Assembly: GCF_009914755.1 (NCBI RefSeq) | Contig: NC_060929.1 | Direction: 5' to 3' (one strand) | Source: the human T2T-CHM13v2.0 reference genome, Homo sapiens | Length of the DNA stretch: 64,000 nucleotides | Part shown: one piece after another, positions 1-30,235 of the stretch | Layout of the letters: every line of letters starts with the position of its first letter | Position numbering within the stretch: position 1 is the first letter of the stretch | The notes under the pieces: model-generated | Database searches by the model: none | Seen by the model: only the letters and a program-made list of their open reading frames with translations | Told to the model about the DNA's origin: nothing | Position numbers and translations under genes: made by a program

Positions 1-1000
1 ACCTTTCCATTATCCCAAAAAGATCCCTCCTGCAGTCACTCTCCACTCCCACTCCAGCTCCTGGCAACCACTGATTTACTTTCTGTCTTGAGTTTGTCTT
101 TTCTAGAAATGTCATATAAATGGAATACAAAATGTAGTCTTTTGGCTAAATATCACTTAGAATATTTTTGAGGCTCACCCATGTTCTGGCATAGATCAGT
201 GGTTTGTTCCTTTTCATAGTTGCACAGTCCTTCACTGTATGGCTATACCATTTTTTGTTTCTCTATTCACAGTTAAGATGAACTGGCAATTATGTTACTG
301 AGGTTTTTGGCTACTATGAATAATGTTGCTATAATCATACACATGGAAGTTTTTCTGTGGACATATGCTTTCATTTCTTTTAGGAAGATTCCTAAGAATA
401 TAATTGTTGGATCACCTGGTAACGTTTAACTTTTTGAGAAACAGTCAAACTGTTTTTCAAAGTAGCTAGACCATGTTATATTCCCACCAGCAATGCATGA
501 AGAGTTTAATCTCCGGTATTAACCAACACTTGGTATTATCAACCTTACTGATTACTGCCATTCTAATAGATGTGAAGTAGTAACTCAGTTACTTTAATTT
601 GCATTTCCCTGATTACAATTGATATCAAGCATCTTTTCATGTGCTCACTGACCACTCATGTATCATCTTCTTGGGTAAAATATCTATTCAAATATTTTGC
701 CCATTTTACAATTATCTGTCTTGTTATTGAGCTGTAAAAGTTTTTTTTTTTTAAATATCTGAATACAAGTACTTTTTTTCTGGTGTCATCTTTTGAAAAA
801 ACATAATCTTAATTTTGATAAAGTCCGATTTTTCAATTTTTTATGGACTGTGCTTTTGTTATATCTAAGAATCTTTAACTAACCTGACAAAGATTTTCTG
901 ATTTATTCTAGAAGTTTTGTAGCTTTAGCTCTTACATTTAGTTCTATGATACATTCTGATCCATTTGCTTCAGCACCATTTACTGAAAGAAACATCCTTT
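1..1000 (-). mobile_element. Old L1 (L1M-type) 3' fragment
   Basis: Antisense L1 motifs such as ctggcaaccactgatttactttctgtc, attcccaccagcaatg and cagcaccatttactgaaaga. Confidence 0.8.
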
Positions 1001-1005
1001 CCCCC

Positions 1006-1358
1006 GGTATTCTTTTGCTAAGGCTGCCACAACAAAGCATCAGAGAATAGGTGGCTTAAACAACAGAAATTTACTTCCTCACTGTTCCAGAGGCAGAAGT
1101 CCAAGATCAAGGTGTCAGCACAGTTGGTTTCTTCTGATGGCCTCTCTCCTTGATTTATGGATGCTCATCTTCTCCATCTGTCTTATCTTCTCCCCATCTG
1201 TGTCCTAATCTCTAATAAGGATACCACTTACACTGGATTAGGGTCCAACCATGTGACCCCACTTTACCTTAATTACCTGTCCAAATACAGTCACATTCTG
1301 AGGTGCTGTGGGTTAGGAGTTAGACAAATGAATTTTGGGGGCTACAATTCAGCCCATT
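1006..1358 (-). mobile_element. MLT1 (ERVL-MaLR) solo LTR
   Basis: ggtggcttaaacaacagaaattta...aagtccaagatcaaggtgtcagca...acaattcagccca are MLT1 hallmarks. Confidence 0.8.
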
Positions 1359-1374
1359 AACCTCCATGAGTAAG

Positions 1375-3379
<2,005 letters not shown>

Positions 3380-3518
3380 TGATTCTGTACCATCCCCTTA
3401 CTCAGAACGCAGACGCCTATGATTTTTAAGTCCAAAACCTGAACATATGCATTCCTAAATGTGGAATTTTGTTTTAACATTCAGATAGAGAAAATAACTG
3501 GGGGGAAAAAAACTTTCA

Positions 3519-3779
<261 letters not shown>

Positions 3780-4147
3780 CTACAGATGGGAGACAAAAAT
3801 AAGGCAATACATTTGGCATTAAACAATATTAACAAAGATTTGTTTACTTACACTTAATGTAGCTTAAGGGGCAGACTCAGTCTAAGATAAAATTGCAGGC
3901 ATTTATGAACCCATTAAAATAAGTGAGATATGATTATAATCCATTAGCTATCTCACCCTGTTACCTAGGGAAAAAATATGCATTCCTATCATCAATACCA
4001 GGAGTTTTTTAAAAACCTATCAAATAGCCATCTAATTAAATACTAATTGTTAGCTGTCACATAAAACCAATGAAAATGGAACAGGACATTCAGGTATCTA
4101 CTTCCTTACCTTCAGAGTTCTAACTACAATGCAGCACTCAAAGATTC

Positions 4148-4402
4148 TTTTTTTTTCTTTTTTTGAGACAGGGTCTCATTTTGTCACCCAGGCTGGAGTG
4201 CAGTAGTATGATCATAGCTCACTGTAGCCTGGATCTTCTTGGCTCAGGAATCTTCCCACCTCAGTAGTGGGGACCACAGGCACACGCCACCATGGCTGGC
4301 TAATTTTCACAAACTTTTTTGTAGAGACGGGGTCTCACGTGATCCTCCACCCTCATCCTCCCAAGGGCTGGGATTACATGCATAAGCCACCTCACCTCAG
4401 CC
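4148..4402 (-). mobile_element. AluJ-like
   Basis: Diverged Alu consensus with poly-T. Confidence 0.88.
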
Positions 4403-4769
4403 CTGTTTGACTTTTTAAAAACATGTTTTTGGCCAAGCACTGTGGCTCATACCTGTGAGAAAATCATTTGCTCAACCATCTGTACCAGCCCCATGCTAGC
4501 AACTGGACATATAGTGGTGAACAAGATGGCTCATTCCCACTACCGTAGAGGGGAGAAGGACCACAAACAAGTAACCAAGCCAAAAGTACACTGTGTTAAG
4601 TGTCACAAAGGAAAGAGAGAGGAAAACTGGGAGAGACCACTTTACATAAGATACCAAAACAAATTACCAGAGAATTGTTGCTAATGAGCCATGACAACCA
4701 CAGATGACAAGGACTGGGTTCAAAGCATTGGTATGCAATCTTAGCTGCACATTAAAAATCCCAATGCCC

Positions 4770-5493
<724 letters not shown>

Positions 5494-6187
5494 CTGAGAT
5501 ACCTATTAAGAAATATGTACAACCCATTATTATCAAATCCTACTTCATTTTGAAATTTTTCTCTGCAGGGTAATTCCAACTTCCCATTTACTATCACTAA
5601 AAAACACAAATTCACTAGGCTTATTCCATTACCAAGTCTGTCTGGCATTAATACCACATCTAGTGTTTTTTTAACACCTATCATATATTAATGAAAATAA
5701 CTAAATGAAATAAGTCCTACACTGAGAAGAAACTTGCAAAAGTTATTCAGAAGTTTTAAAAGGGCATGACATAAGCAAACAGATGGTTATATACCATGTA
5801 AATCTTGCCATGATGTAATTTTCACATTTAAAGCTATCAGAAGTTAAATGTTAATATACTTCTGTGAATATCTGTTTATCTGCAAAGCTATTCTCTGTAT
5901 TAATAATAAAAAGTTGACTTTCAGGACTGCCTGAAGTTCCTTACTACAACTGACTCAAATTTTCTATTCAAATCATGAAGGAAAATTAAGTCTAAATGCT
6001 ATTTGTTGCTTTTATTTCAATTTAGGCAAATCACACCGATAAACAGTGTTATCTATTTTTTAAACTATACAAATTAGTAATACATTCTTGTAAAAAATTT
6101 CGGCACAGATAAAATGAAATGTTCCCTTTGAGCACCCTACACAATCCCACCCCCTTTGGGCAAAGTTACCAATAAAATTTTGATGTA

Positions 6188-6385
6188 CAGATGCTCAATT
6201 TGTAACACAGCTGCATCCAGATAATCCTATCGTAAATATAATCGAGTCAACAGTGTGTTTTCAGCTTACAATGTTTTCAAGTTATGATATATTTATCTGG
6301 ATGTAGTCCCATCATAAACTGAGGGGTATATTGAATAGCTATCATTTTCACACCATCATTAAGTCGAAAAATTGGGGAGTGTCTG
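6188..6385. mobile_element. MER47-like (TcMar-Tigger) MITE
   Basis: TA|CAGATGCTC...GTGTCTG|TA termini with TA TSDs; internal caccatcattaagtcgaaaaat. Confidence 0.7.
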
Positions 6386-7134
6386 TATATCCTTTAAAAC
6401 TTTGTTTACAAAGTTTACACACATACTGTATGTCTACAGAAACAATAGTTTTCCTTTGCATTTTTAAACTAGAAACAATATTGTTCAGCAGCCTGCTTTT
6501 CTAACAATATATAATAATACATAACATTTATTGAGACAGCTGGTTATTTTCTCATAGTGGAGGCAGAGTATTCCCCTGACCAATTACAAGGGCAGAGGGG
6601 TGTGAAACTACAGCAATATATATCCTCGTATTTTCTCCTCTGTATACATATGCAGGCACATTTCCTGAGAGAAGATACTATGAAGTGAACTTAACTAGTG
6701 TATCTAGTAGTTTGGTTTTTAAATGTTGACATTATCAAATTGTCCTTTAAAATAAAAAGAACAGTTAACTCTTAAGTGAAATTTCTAACTTGTCAATCTA
6801 GAAAAGCCAACCAGAGCTCTTTCTTCCCTTCCTACCAAACTTCACAGACCAGAACAAATATAATTAAATACTGGCGATAACAGTGGTATACAGTAGAAGC
6901 AACCATCCCTCAGACCGGAGGGGGGAAAAAAAAAATCATCCAATCAACTATTAAGTAGATCTTAACAAAAATGCAACCTTGGAAAGAACCAGTTTTAAGC
7001 ATGATTTTGGTTGTTTTGTTGTTGTTGTTTTGGTCTCAACTTACCAGCTCTCAGATAGTTACAACAATAAAACAGACTACACCAGAACAGTAGAACAATA
7101 AAAGCTACAGATGTTCATATAAAAGATCATTTTG

Positions 7135-9765
<2,631 letters not shown>

Positions 9766-9798
9766 AATAGTAATTTCCTTAAGAGCACACAATAACTA

Positions 9799-11100
9799 CA
9801 GGCATGCCTCATTTTACTGTGCTTCTCTTTATTGCACTTTGCATATGTTGCATTTTTTTAATCAATCAAAGCTTCATGGCAACCCTGTGTGGAGCAAGTT
9901 TATCAGCACCATTTTCCCACCAGCATGTGCTCACTTCTTGTCTTTGTCACATCTTGGTACTTCTAAAATTATTTCAAACTTTTTCATTACTATTGTATCT
10001 GTTATGGTGATATGTGATCAGTGATCTTTGATGTTACTATTGTAATTGCTGTGGGGCACTACCAACCGTGCCCATAAGACAATGAACTTAATAAATGTCG
10101 TATATATTCTTACTGCTGCTGACTGGCCATTCTGTCTCTCCCTCTCCTTGGGCCTCCCTATCCCCTGAGACACAATATTGAAATTAGGCCAATTAATAAC
10201 CCTACAATGGCCTCCAAATGCTCAAGTGAAAGGAAGAGTTGCATATCTCTCACTTTAAATGAAAAGTTAGAAATTATTAAACTTAGGAGAGGGCATATGG
10301 AAACTCCAGACAGGCCTAAAGGTAGGCTTCTTGCACCAAACTGCTAAGGTATAAATGCAAAGGAAAAGTTCTTTAAGGAAATTAGAAATGCTACTTCAGT
10401 GAACACACAAATAGTAAGTAAGCCAAACAGTCTTATTGCAGATACGGACAAAGTTTTAGTGGTCTGGATAGATCAAATCAGCCACAACATTCGCTTAAAA
10501 GCCAAAGCCTAATTCAGAGGTAGGTCCTAATTCTTCAATTCTATAAAGGCTAATAGAGGTGAGGAAGCTGCAGAAGTTAAGCTTAAAGCTAGCAGACTGG
10601 TTCATGAGATTTAAGAACCCATTTCCATAACATAAAAGGGCAAGATAAGGCATCAAGTACCAATATAAAAACTACAACAAGTTTCCCAGACGATCTACCT
10701 AAGATAAGTGATGAAGGTGGTTGCACTAAACAACAGGTTTTCAATGTAGACGAAATAGCCTTCTAGTGGAAGAAGATGCCACCTAGGACTTTACTAGCTA
10801 GAGAAGTCAATGCCTGCCCTCAAACCCTCAACGGACAGGCTGACTCTTGTTAGAGGCTAATGTAGCTGGTGACTTTCAGTTGAAGCCAAGGCTCATTCAC
10901 CATTCTGAAAGCATTTAAGCCATTCTTTAGCACTTAAGAATTATGCTAAATCTACTACGCCTGTGCTCTAGAAATGGAACAACAAAGCCTGGATGACAGC
11001 ACATCTGCTTACAGCACGGTATACTGAATATTTTAAGTGCATTATTGAGACCTACTGCTCAGAAAAAAAAAAAAAGATTCCTTTCAAAATATTACTGCTC
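9799..11100 (+). mobile_element. Tigger1 DNA transposon, 5' half with decayed transposase
   Basis: TA|CAGGCATGCCTCATTTTA terminus. The transposase starts at ATG 10207 (MASKCSSERK), is disrupted, and has a C-terminal remnant [15 protein letters not shown]...IPFKILLL. Truncated at 11100. Confidence 0.92.
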
Positions 11101-11813
<713 letters not shown>

Positions 11814-12741
11814 TTAAGATTTCACTGAAAGCTTTAAGATATATAACTATCTTATTCTTACCAACCAGAATTCTTCTCATTTCTATTACCTTTCAGTTTT
11901 TACCCACACAGACCTCTTACTTATAATTGACTGGCATCTCATTTTGTGTCCTAAAGTTTCATACTAACTCGTTTCTACATTATAGTGATTTTTTAAAACT
12001 ACATAATGCCCTTCTAAATAGACCTATACGTGTACAGTATTATTGCTCATTTGAATTATTTCCTTTCAAAAAGCTTTAATTGTGGGATTACAGGGCAAAA
12101 TAGCATTAACTTTTTTTGTTTCATATGTACTATAAAACTCAATTATGCCAATTTGTTATACAATAATAAATGAAAGAATATACTCATTCTCAGCTATTTC
12201 AGATATACAATGTGGTATCACTAATTTAATTGGCATTTTTCATTTCTGAGTACAAACTTTTTATTCCATGTTTATTTACCATCAGTTATTTCTCCTCTTA
12301 TACAAGTTGTCCATGAATATTTTTGAACATCTGATCATTAAGAGCTAGATGATGTTCTGAAGTATTTGTATAAACTATTTTAAACTGTTATTTTAAGTAA
12401 CTTTTTGGCATTTTCTCTTATTTTTTAAATATATAGCCAGAAATTTTCTATGCCCATTTTTGCTTTGTAATTTTTCTCCTACAATTATTAAGAAAAGTTA
12501 TCACGTCTTGCCATTTTCTAAGAGTTTTTCATTTTAAAATCTATACTTTAATCCTAAGATTACACGACAACTACTCAAGCTTCTTTTTATATCAGCATCT
12601 TAAACTTGCATCGTTAACATTATGACATTAACTTTAAATGTTTAATAATGACCTTGAAGTATTTTGGAATCCTGCATCCAAGAAAAAAAAAAATCAATCA
12701 ATTGGGACCTAGGGCTTGAGAAGTGTCTAATATTTATTTAC

Positions 12742-13376
<635 letters not shown>

Positions 13377-13869
13377 CTAATTCTTTAAAGGCCGGTCACC
13401 AATGTTTAATGTATACAGTAACTCCTAAGCAGACTCTCACTCCCTTCACCATTGAAAACAGATAACATTTCCTGAACAAATGCTATCTCAGAGAAAAGAT
13501 GAGACTGAGATAATAACCCTTATTCTTCAAATCTTAGGACTTGGGTACTCCAACGAAATCAGATTATGCCATTCAACAGCAAGGCCAGCTGAGAGCAGCA
13601 AGTGGCTCTGATGGACAACAGAGTACTCTTGCCACTACACTCCAGGGAAAACACCCAAGCACTGTTTTTAAGATAATTTCATCAGATGTCCAGCAAAATA
13701 TTTTCTTAGTCTCAAAAACAGTTAATCACATAACAGTACCAATTCTGGCACTAAAGTATACCAAGAAATAACTTGCTTCAAAATACGAGTTCCAATATTT
13801 GGGGTTAATATTCATTTTTGTTGTTAGCTACATGAAAGGGATCATGATGTAACTAAAAGCATTCTCCTA

Positions 13870-14950
<1,081 letters not shown>

Positions 14951-15402
14951 TTATTAATTCTAATGTTCATTGTAACTCTAGTTCAAGTAAATTTAACATT
15001 TCACATCCTTACCATATAGTTGGACAGTTCTACCAATATAAAGACATAGAAGAAACACTGGAAAAAATGCAATTAATTTTTGAATTTTATTTTTCAGTTT
15101 AAGAACTGAAATCATTTGAAAATTCTTAATAAGTAAAATTACTAAATTCACAGGCAAAAAAAATTTTTTCAATATCCCAAGAGAATTTCATTTTGTCTCA
15201 TACTGTTTTTATGTCAAGATGTACGGTTGGTTTGATATGTCATTTTGATAATTGTGCAAAAAAATCCAAGGTTTGTGATAAGTTAGTGTACAGGGCTAGA
15301 GTTTGAGGCGTGGGGTGATACATGATGTAGAACATATTACTAGCCCTGGAAGCAAATGAGTTTTGAGTTAATTTCCTTCAACTATCAAACCATTCTTCAT
15401 AC

Positions 15403-15760
15403 TAATCATGTGTTGCTTAATCGCAGGGATACATCAAATTATTTAGTTGTTGTGTGAACATCACAGAGTGGTCTTACACAAATCTAGATAGTATAGACTA
15501 CTACAAACCTAAGCTATTGGATAGCCTATTGCTCCTAGGCTACAAACTTGTACAGCATTTACTGTACTGAATGCTGTAGGCAACTGTTAACATAATGTTA
15601 AGTATTTGTATAACTAAACATAAACAATATAAAGTGTTACACTATGACATTACAAGGTCACCAGGTGATACGAATTTTTCAGCTCCATTATAATTTCATA
15701 AGACCACCATCACATGCAGTCCACCACTGACCAAAATGTCATTATGTGGTGCATGACTAC
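15403..15760 (+). mobile_element. Tigger3/MER7-like non-autonomous DNA transposon
   Basis: tcatgtgttgcttaa...tagcctattgctcctaggctacaaac...atgtcattatgtggtgcatgact. Confidence 0.8.
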
Positions 15761-16304
15761 TTGTCTTTCATTAACTACACTGAACAGATACCACTAATAT
15801 TTCACGAAACATTTCAATCTTCTTTGATTAAAATCAGTATGGTTATATTTTAAAAGTTTAACCCTCCAGGTAATATTCTAGTAACTAGTATTTTCTGTTT
15901 GGCTCTAAGGCTTAGGACCTAAATAAAAGAAAAATGTTGGGAATGAGGGATAATTCTAAAAGTGTAATAAAAGAAAATATAAAATTTGTGAGTTTTCCCA
16001 TCTGTTTCTGCAATATCACCTTTGCCTCTGACCAAAAGGAAAGATCCTTAAAGCCCTATGTCTCATATGCACAATAGACTAAACTCAACCTTTACCAACT
16101 AACCTACATATGTGAATGAATTAAACACTCCCAATCATTCCTGCATAGAAAAAGAAGTTTTAATCTACTACACAACTGAGAAATGCTGCTATATATCTAC
16201 TTATTAAAAAATTGTCACAATAATACATCATGAACAAGATTCAACCACTCTGGGTCTCAGTTTCCTCCCTCATCTGTGTAAGATGAATTAGTCTAGATGG
16301 TTGT

Positions 16305-19637
<3,333 letters not shown>

Positions 19638-22600
19638 TTTTATTTTATGAAAGTGTTGACTTCCCAATTTAGCTTGGCCCCAATTTACCTACATCTTTCA
19701 CTACTAACACTACCTCTGAAAACAGAAGGGGATCTGTGAAGCAATACCAGAACATTAGGCTTAGAATCCACAAGCCTTGGCAATCTCACTTTTAGCCCCT
19801 TTAGTCAAGTCACTTTACCTTTCTGAGTCTTTGGGTTGCATCTGTAACTGAGAACAATATCTTATAAAAGTATGATAAAAATAATGTTCTGTAACATGCT
19901 TCCCCCACCTGCTTGTCCTCAATATTCAAATCACTTCTAGAGAAATGAGCCAAACACCCTTTAAAATGAAACGTACACACATACTCACAGCAACATATTA
20001 CCCAATTCATACAAGAATGTCATCTTGGTCAAATATTTTTCAGCTCATCTAATTAGAAGGAAGCAGTTTGTTTTTTCCATACTCACGTAACAAATGTTAA
20101 AACTAACATTTTAATGACTAATGACTGCACTTTATTTATAGTGCTTGCAAAGCAATGGAAAACAGCATACCTAGGTAAAGAACTTCTTTGAAAAAAAAAA
20201 ATCTGGCTATCAAACAACGTTCTCCACATGTTTGGTAAGCACAAAGCCAAGAAATCATACCCAAGCTAAAACAAAGCTGAAGTCACATAATAAAAGATTG
20301 TTTACTGTAGTCAATGCAAAAGCAAGTTGATACTATTTACTCCTTTCAATCTGTAGATTGAAACATACCCGGCCAGTTATACTGATGTAATGCTGATTAT
20401 AGAACTGAGCCTGAGGCAAAGCTGCACACCAAATTATTAAACTATCAACAAATTATGATTCTCAAGATGACAAAGTATACTATACACTAACAACCTTGGC
20501 TTTTGTATAAGTCTTAATCACATCTTAAAATTCTTTTTAGCTAGTCAGTAACATAAAAACCATGTTCACTCTTGTCTTTTATAAATGCATACTTAGATTC
20601 TCTCAGTTCTGAACATGTAACACTGTTAATTGTTGATGGGATAACAAAAAAATGGCCTCAGGATTTTTTAGTAACAATGACCTCTTATGGTATACATCTA
20701 TTTTTACTATTTAAATATTTCCCCTTCAAATCAGGCATTTAGGTGGGTAGAAGGAAGGCTTTTACATTATCATTCCTTCTTATGATTGAAGAAATTATCA
20801 ACTATTAACAAGTATCTTTTTTCTCAAAAAATACTATTATTATACACTAATGAAAAAAATTAGCCCTCAAATTTTCAAAATTACTCTTTAGAAGGCAATC
20901 ACACCAAAAAGCACATATGTAGCTTTCACCCAGAGATGCCATTGGCACACAAATATTAACAGTGAAAGACAGCTTTTGTTTTACTAGAAAGACTTGTACA
21001 AAAAACATCAGTTCATGGATTCTACATACCCAAAAAACTGTCTTCAAATTAATTTAGTTTGGAAGTTTAATATCATCCTGAAAGTTGAAATACTTACTTA
21101 CCAGTTATAAACAGTATGAAGGTTGTATAATGATATCCACCAAAACGGATCCATTCCACAGAAACTTTTATGTAACACCTACTCTCAAATATTATTTCCA
21201 TCTTTTTTGGCACTCAGAACTAAAATTTGCGTAAGCAGCGCAAGCAATGGAGATTTACCTCACTACATCTTAGTTTTACAAAGATGTGGAAAGCAATATT
21301 AGATGCATCAGCTTCACCCACCCCACTCTAGCATCCAGTATTATCTTATCTTCTACAACAGTTTCCAACACAAACCCTCTACTTCCATGCTCCATCTCCC
21401 ACACCTTTTCATACCATGCTTTTCTTTCAAACTAGATTCATAGCTCCTCGACAATAAGCATACTTATTCTTCATTGCTTTTCATTTCCCTCAAAAGAGTA
21501 TGCAATCTTAGATATTCAATAGATGTTCAATATTAAACACACTACTAATTTAAAACGGAATTGACTGTATAATCTCAGAACACATTTTAGTTTATAGACA
21601 GGAAAACAAGGACAAGTGAAGTGGCTGTCCCAAAGTCTGTCACAATTACTCAAGGAAGAGCAGAAGGACTCATGTCCAAATCTAACTCGCAGTCCAGTCT
21701 TCCAGTTACGTCATCACCTCCCTCCTTTCCACGTTTTCTTCAAAAGACTAGTCAACTGGCCAACTACTGACTTAAAAGTCTTTCATATAATGCACTGAAT
21801 TCCAAAAATCGGTAAGATCATCATGTACAGTACCTAGAAATTAAGACCTGGCAATATACATTCATTTTTAAAGGCCAATTTTAAACCTTTAAAATAAATA
21901 CCAACCTCATTTGACGTGAGAGGGTAAAGAAACAGGAGATTCAATACATCGCTACCATTAAAAGGCATCTCCAACAGATGATGTGCCACCTCATCCACTA
22001 GTAGTAGTTTTGTTCAGGCTTGGGAGAAACAAATCTAAATCTGACTTACTTAAATTCCAATTGTTCACAACATGGTTTCTAAAAAAGCCTGTCTTGGAAA
22101 CATATACGTCAAACTCATGAACCTAATTTTCACATCAAACCAGAAACAAATCAGGATAATAGTTCTCCATTAATTCTTTTCACGGATACAAAATGCTAAT
22201 ATGATACTCCACTATTCTGTACTAAAGTGACGTGCTGCAAAGTTAATTTTGAAAAGGGAAGTTAAAATGTTCACAGCAGAGATCAGCATTTTGTGTACTT
22301 TAGAAAACTGAGTTACAAGAATTTAAAAATACAACACAAAGCTAATAGCTAAATTAACTACCTGTTTCCCCAACCCCCAGGGGAAAACAAAAGGGAATTA
22401 GCTAATATAAAGTTTAGTGTTACTAAGTGGACTACAACATTCTATTTTCAGTGTATGTGAGACATTATTTAAACACTAAGCACAATGTCTGGAATACAAT
22501 CTCAGTCGACAGTTATTATCACTACTACTACTTGCAGCCACAAAATACTATCAAGTAATTTTTGCAACAAAGATACAAAATTTACCGCTCTTCCATTTTA

Positions 22601-23204
22601 TGTGGTTCATTTTAAAAATAAACGGCAAAATGCCAAGTGTGTTAAGCTTAGAGAAGGCTTTGAGTCAGCATATAAATCATATTCAACCGACACTTGATTT
22701 CCAATCCAAAAGCTCCTTATGTAGTATGACTCACCAAATTCCCGATTTCTTCCAACTATGAAAAATAAGTTACACTCCTCCCTTATAGCTACCACCATGA
22801 CCTTCGTAAAAATTAGGTTAAGAGAATAATTTAAAAATTCTTAAAGACACCCCTTACCTTGATTTCTGGAGAAGATCGCTTGGTGAGTATAATACAAACC
22901 ACCAAGGGGTACTAAAGCTGTGTGACCTTTAGGTATGTTCTGGGATACGGCCTAACAAGACTGCCTTTGGGGGATCCTCTGGGCAGCTCTGGACCTAACT
23001 AGGCCTGGGTACCAGCGGAAAGACTCTTACTCAGCCCACCGGAGAGGCCCAGGCTCCATTCCCAAGCCGCAGAATCCAAGCCAGCTCACCCTCAAAACCG
23101 TCCCTGACGATGACCCACAGGGTCTCCGCTCCCCCTGCCACCTCGTCTGGCGCCAAGGCCGGCTGACTCAAAAGCCCAGGAGTCGAGTGAACGGCGCCAT
23201 TTTA

Positions 23205-23722
<518 letters not shown>

Positions 23723-23743
23723 AATGGCGGCCGCCGGGCGTGG

Positions 23744-23751
23744 TGACGTCA
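23744..23751. promoter_or_regulatory. Full palindromic CRE (TGACGTCA), about 238 nt upstream of the ATG
   Basis: Exact consensus. A methylation-sensitive CREB site is known (recalled) in the PP2A-C alpha core promoter. Confidence 0.88.
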
Positions 23752-23974
23752 CGCCCGGCGTCAGGAGGCGGCGGGGAGCGGAGGGGAAAAGGGCCGGGGA
23801 GCAAGCTGCGCAACTGCAGAGCCCTCCCCGGGCGGCCGCACGACCGGAGTTGGGGCGCAAACTGGGGGTCAAAGCGCAGGCGCGACGTAGCCGGCTGGTA
23901 ACTGAAGCGCCTTGACTTTTTGGGCGTGGCTCCCGGAGGGCGGGGTGGTGGGGGAAGGGAAGGATGGAGCTGGA

Positions 23975-24061
23975 GCATGCGCAGTGCGCACAGCGGCGAA
24001 CCGGACTAATCCCTGAGCACTATTCCAGGAGAGGCGAGGGCTTGGGCCGCGCGCAGGCGCA
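23975..24061. promoter_or_regulatory. NRF1-type motifs
   Basis: GCATGCGCA(GTGCGCA) at 23975-23990 and GCGCAGGCGCA at 24051-24061. Confidence 0.6.
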
Positions 24062-25400
24062 GACCGGATGGAAGCCGGGGCCACTGGCAGCCTGTAACTG
24101 GTTCCCCTGGGAAGGCCGCTCTGGTGATGAACTCAGCTCCTCACCTGGGGCCTGGCAGTCCGATCACGGAAACGAGAATTGCGACCCCGTGGCTCATCTG
24201 GGGTGCTGCGGCTCTGTAATCGTGTGGGTTTCCGTCATCTTTGGGGGCAGGAACGGGCAGCGAGTGGCCGCTTGGATTAACCACCCCCACCTCTGGGCGC
24301 GGCTGGCACCTTGTAATTAGGTCACTCGTAGGTGGAGGAGCGTGTACCTACCGGGGGAGTGCTGCGCAGTGCACCTGACTTCCGCGGCACACACCCGTCC
24401 CCGGACCTAGGTGTCTCGTCGGGCGCGATGGCGGGGGCGAGGCTTGGGCTTTTCTTTGGGCCTCGGACCGCGGCTCGCTTCCACGCGCCCCGCTCCTCGC
24501 CGGTGGTTGCTTTCCTCCAAGTTTAATTCTCTCTGGGAATGAGAGACCCTCAACCCCTGCGCGCCCTGGCCTACTTTCAAGAGGGGAAGCCCAGAGAAGA
24601 TGGATGCACCTGTCCTGACCGCGTCTCGGTGGCGTGAGAAGCAGCTGTGATACGTGCTTAAAAGAGAGAGCTCGTATACCCTAGGATTGGACCTCTGTCT
24701 GGTTATGAATCGCTTTGGAGTTTGCGAAACGTTTTCACATTCCATTGTCCCTGCTTTTACATAAATATCTGGTTCCATAGAGCGCCAGCTATATGCCAGA
24801 TCCGGAGGGGTCATCCAGACGGACCAGGGACCATGCCCTGGAGCTTGTATTCTCCCAACAGTACTGGCTGAAGATGGTTTGGGATAGGCAGAAGAGAGAT
24901 CATAATGCCCCCAGGATTTGAAAGATATAGAAGCTTTCCAAAGAACATTTAACCATAAAGGGCAAGGCAAGAGCTGAACCTGATCGCCTGTCTTCCAGGA
25001 ACCCCACCCTCAGTATCAGGCAACCCTTCCACACCCAAGTGCTCAGCGATGCTTGGGAGGAGACTGCTCACTCTGCGGCTCTGAGGGCATCATCCCCACC
25101 AACAGGCTGAAGAAGGCACTGGAGGCCCCATCAGCCAATAGCAGGACTGAAAATCCTCCTTTATCCAAGACAACGTGTTTGGCAAGGCCGACTGGCTTGG
25201 CCTCCCTAGGCTGGAAATTGCAATTCTGCTTTCCCTTCACACCTCCCATTAGTGTGCACAAAAGAAAGTACCTTAGATCTACTCTTCTAGAAGTCTTATC
25301 ACATACTTAATTTACCAGACTGGGAAAAAGACCCTTTAGCCCAAATTCTGTCCCTGTTTTGCAGTTAACATCCCCAAACAATAGAAGGGTAAGAGTTAAG
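24060..25400 (+). ncRNA. Probable 5' region of a divergent lncRNA from the PPP2CA promoter
   Basis: The CpG island extends well past the core promoter with NRF1/ETS motifs typical of bidirectional promoters. A divergent transcript (PPP2CA-DT) is recalled. Exon structure cannot be derived from the sequence. Confidence 0.4.
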
Positions 25401-25575
25401 ACCAAGTGGAATGAATAAGGAAAAAATCATCACTTAGTGCCCGTGATTATAAAGCCATACCCAGTGTGCTGTCTAATCTTATTCTTTACCGTTGCCATGA
25501 ACCTGTGTGAGAACTGTCTGATGGGGCAAGAAGCAGACAGGCACTCAGAAAAGAGAAGGGACTTGCCTAAGATAG

Positions 25576-30235
<4,660 letters not shown>

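Noticed and set aside
10207-11100. Tigger1 transposase as a domesticated gene
   Set aside because: Frameshifted, interrupted by stops and 3'-truncated.
24407-24970. 187-aa minus-strand ORF upstream of PPP2CA
   Set aside because: Non-ATG start, no recognisable domain, and it runs into the GC-rich island where long ORFs arise by chance.
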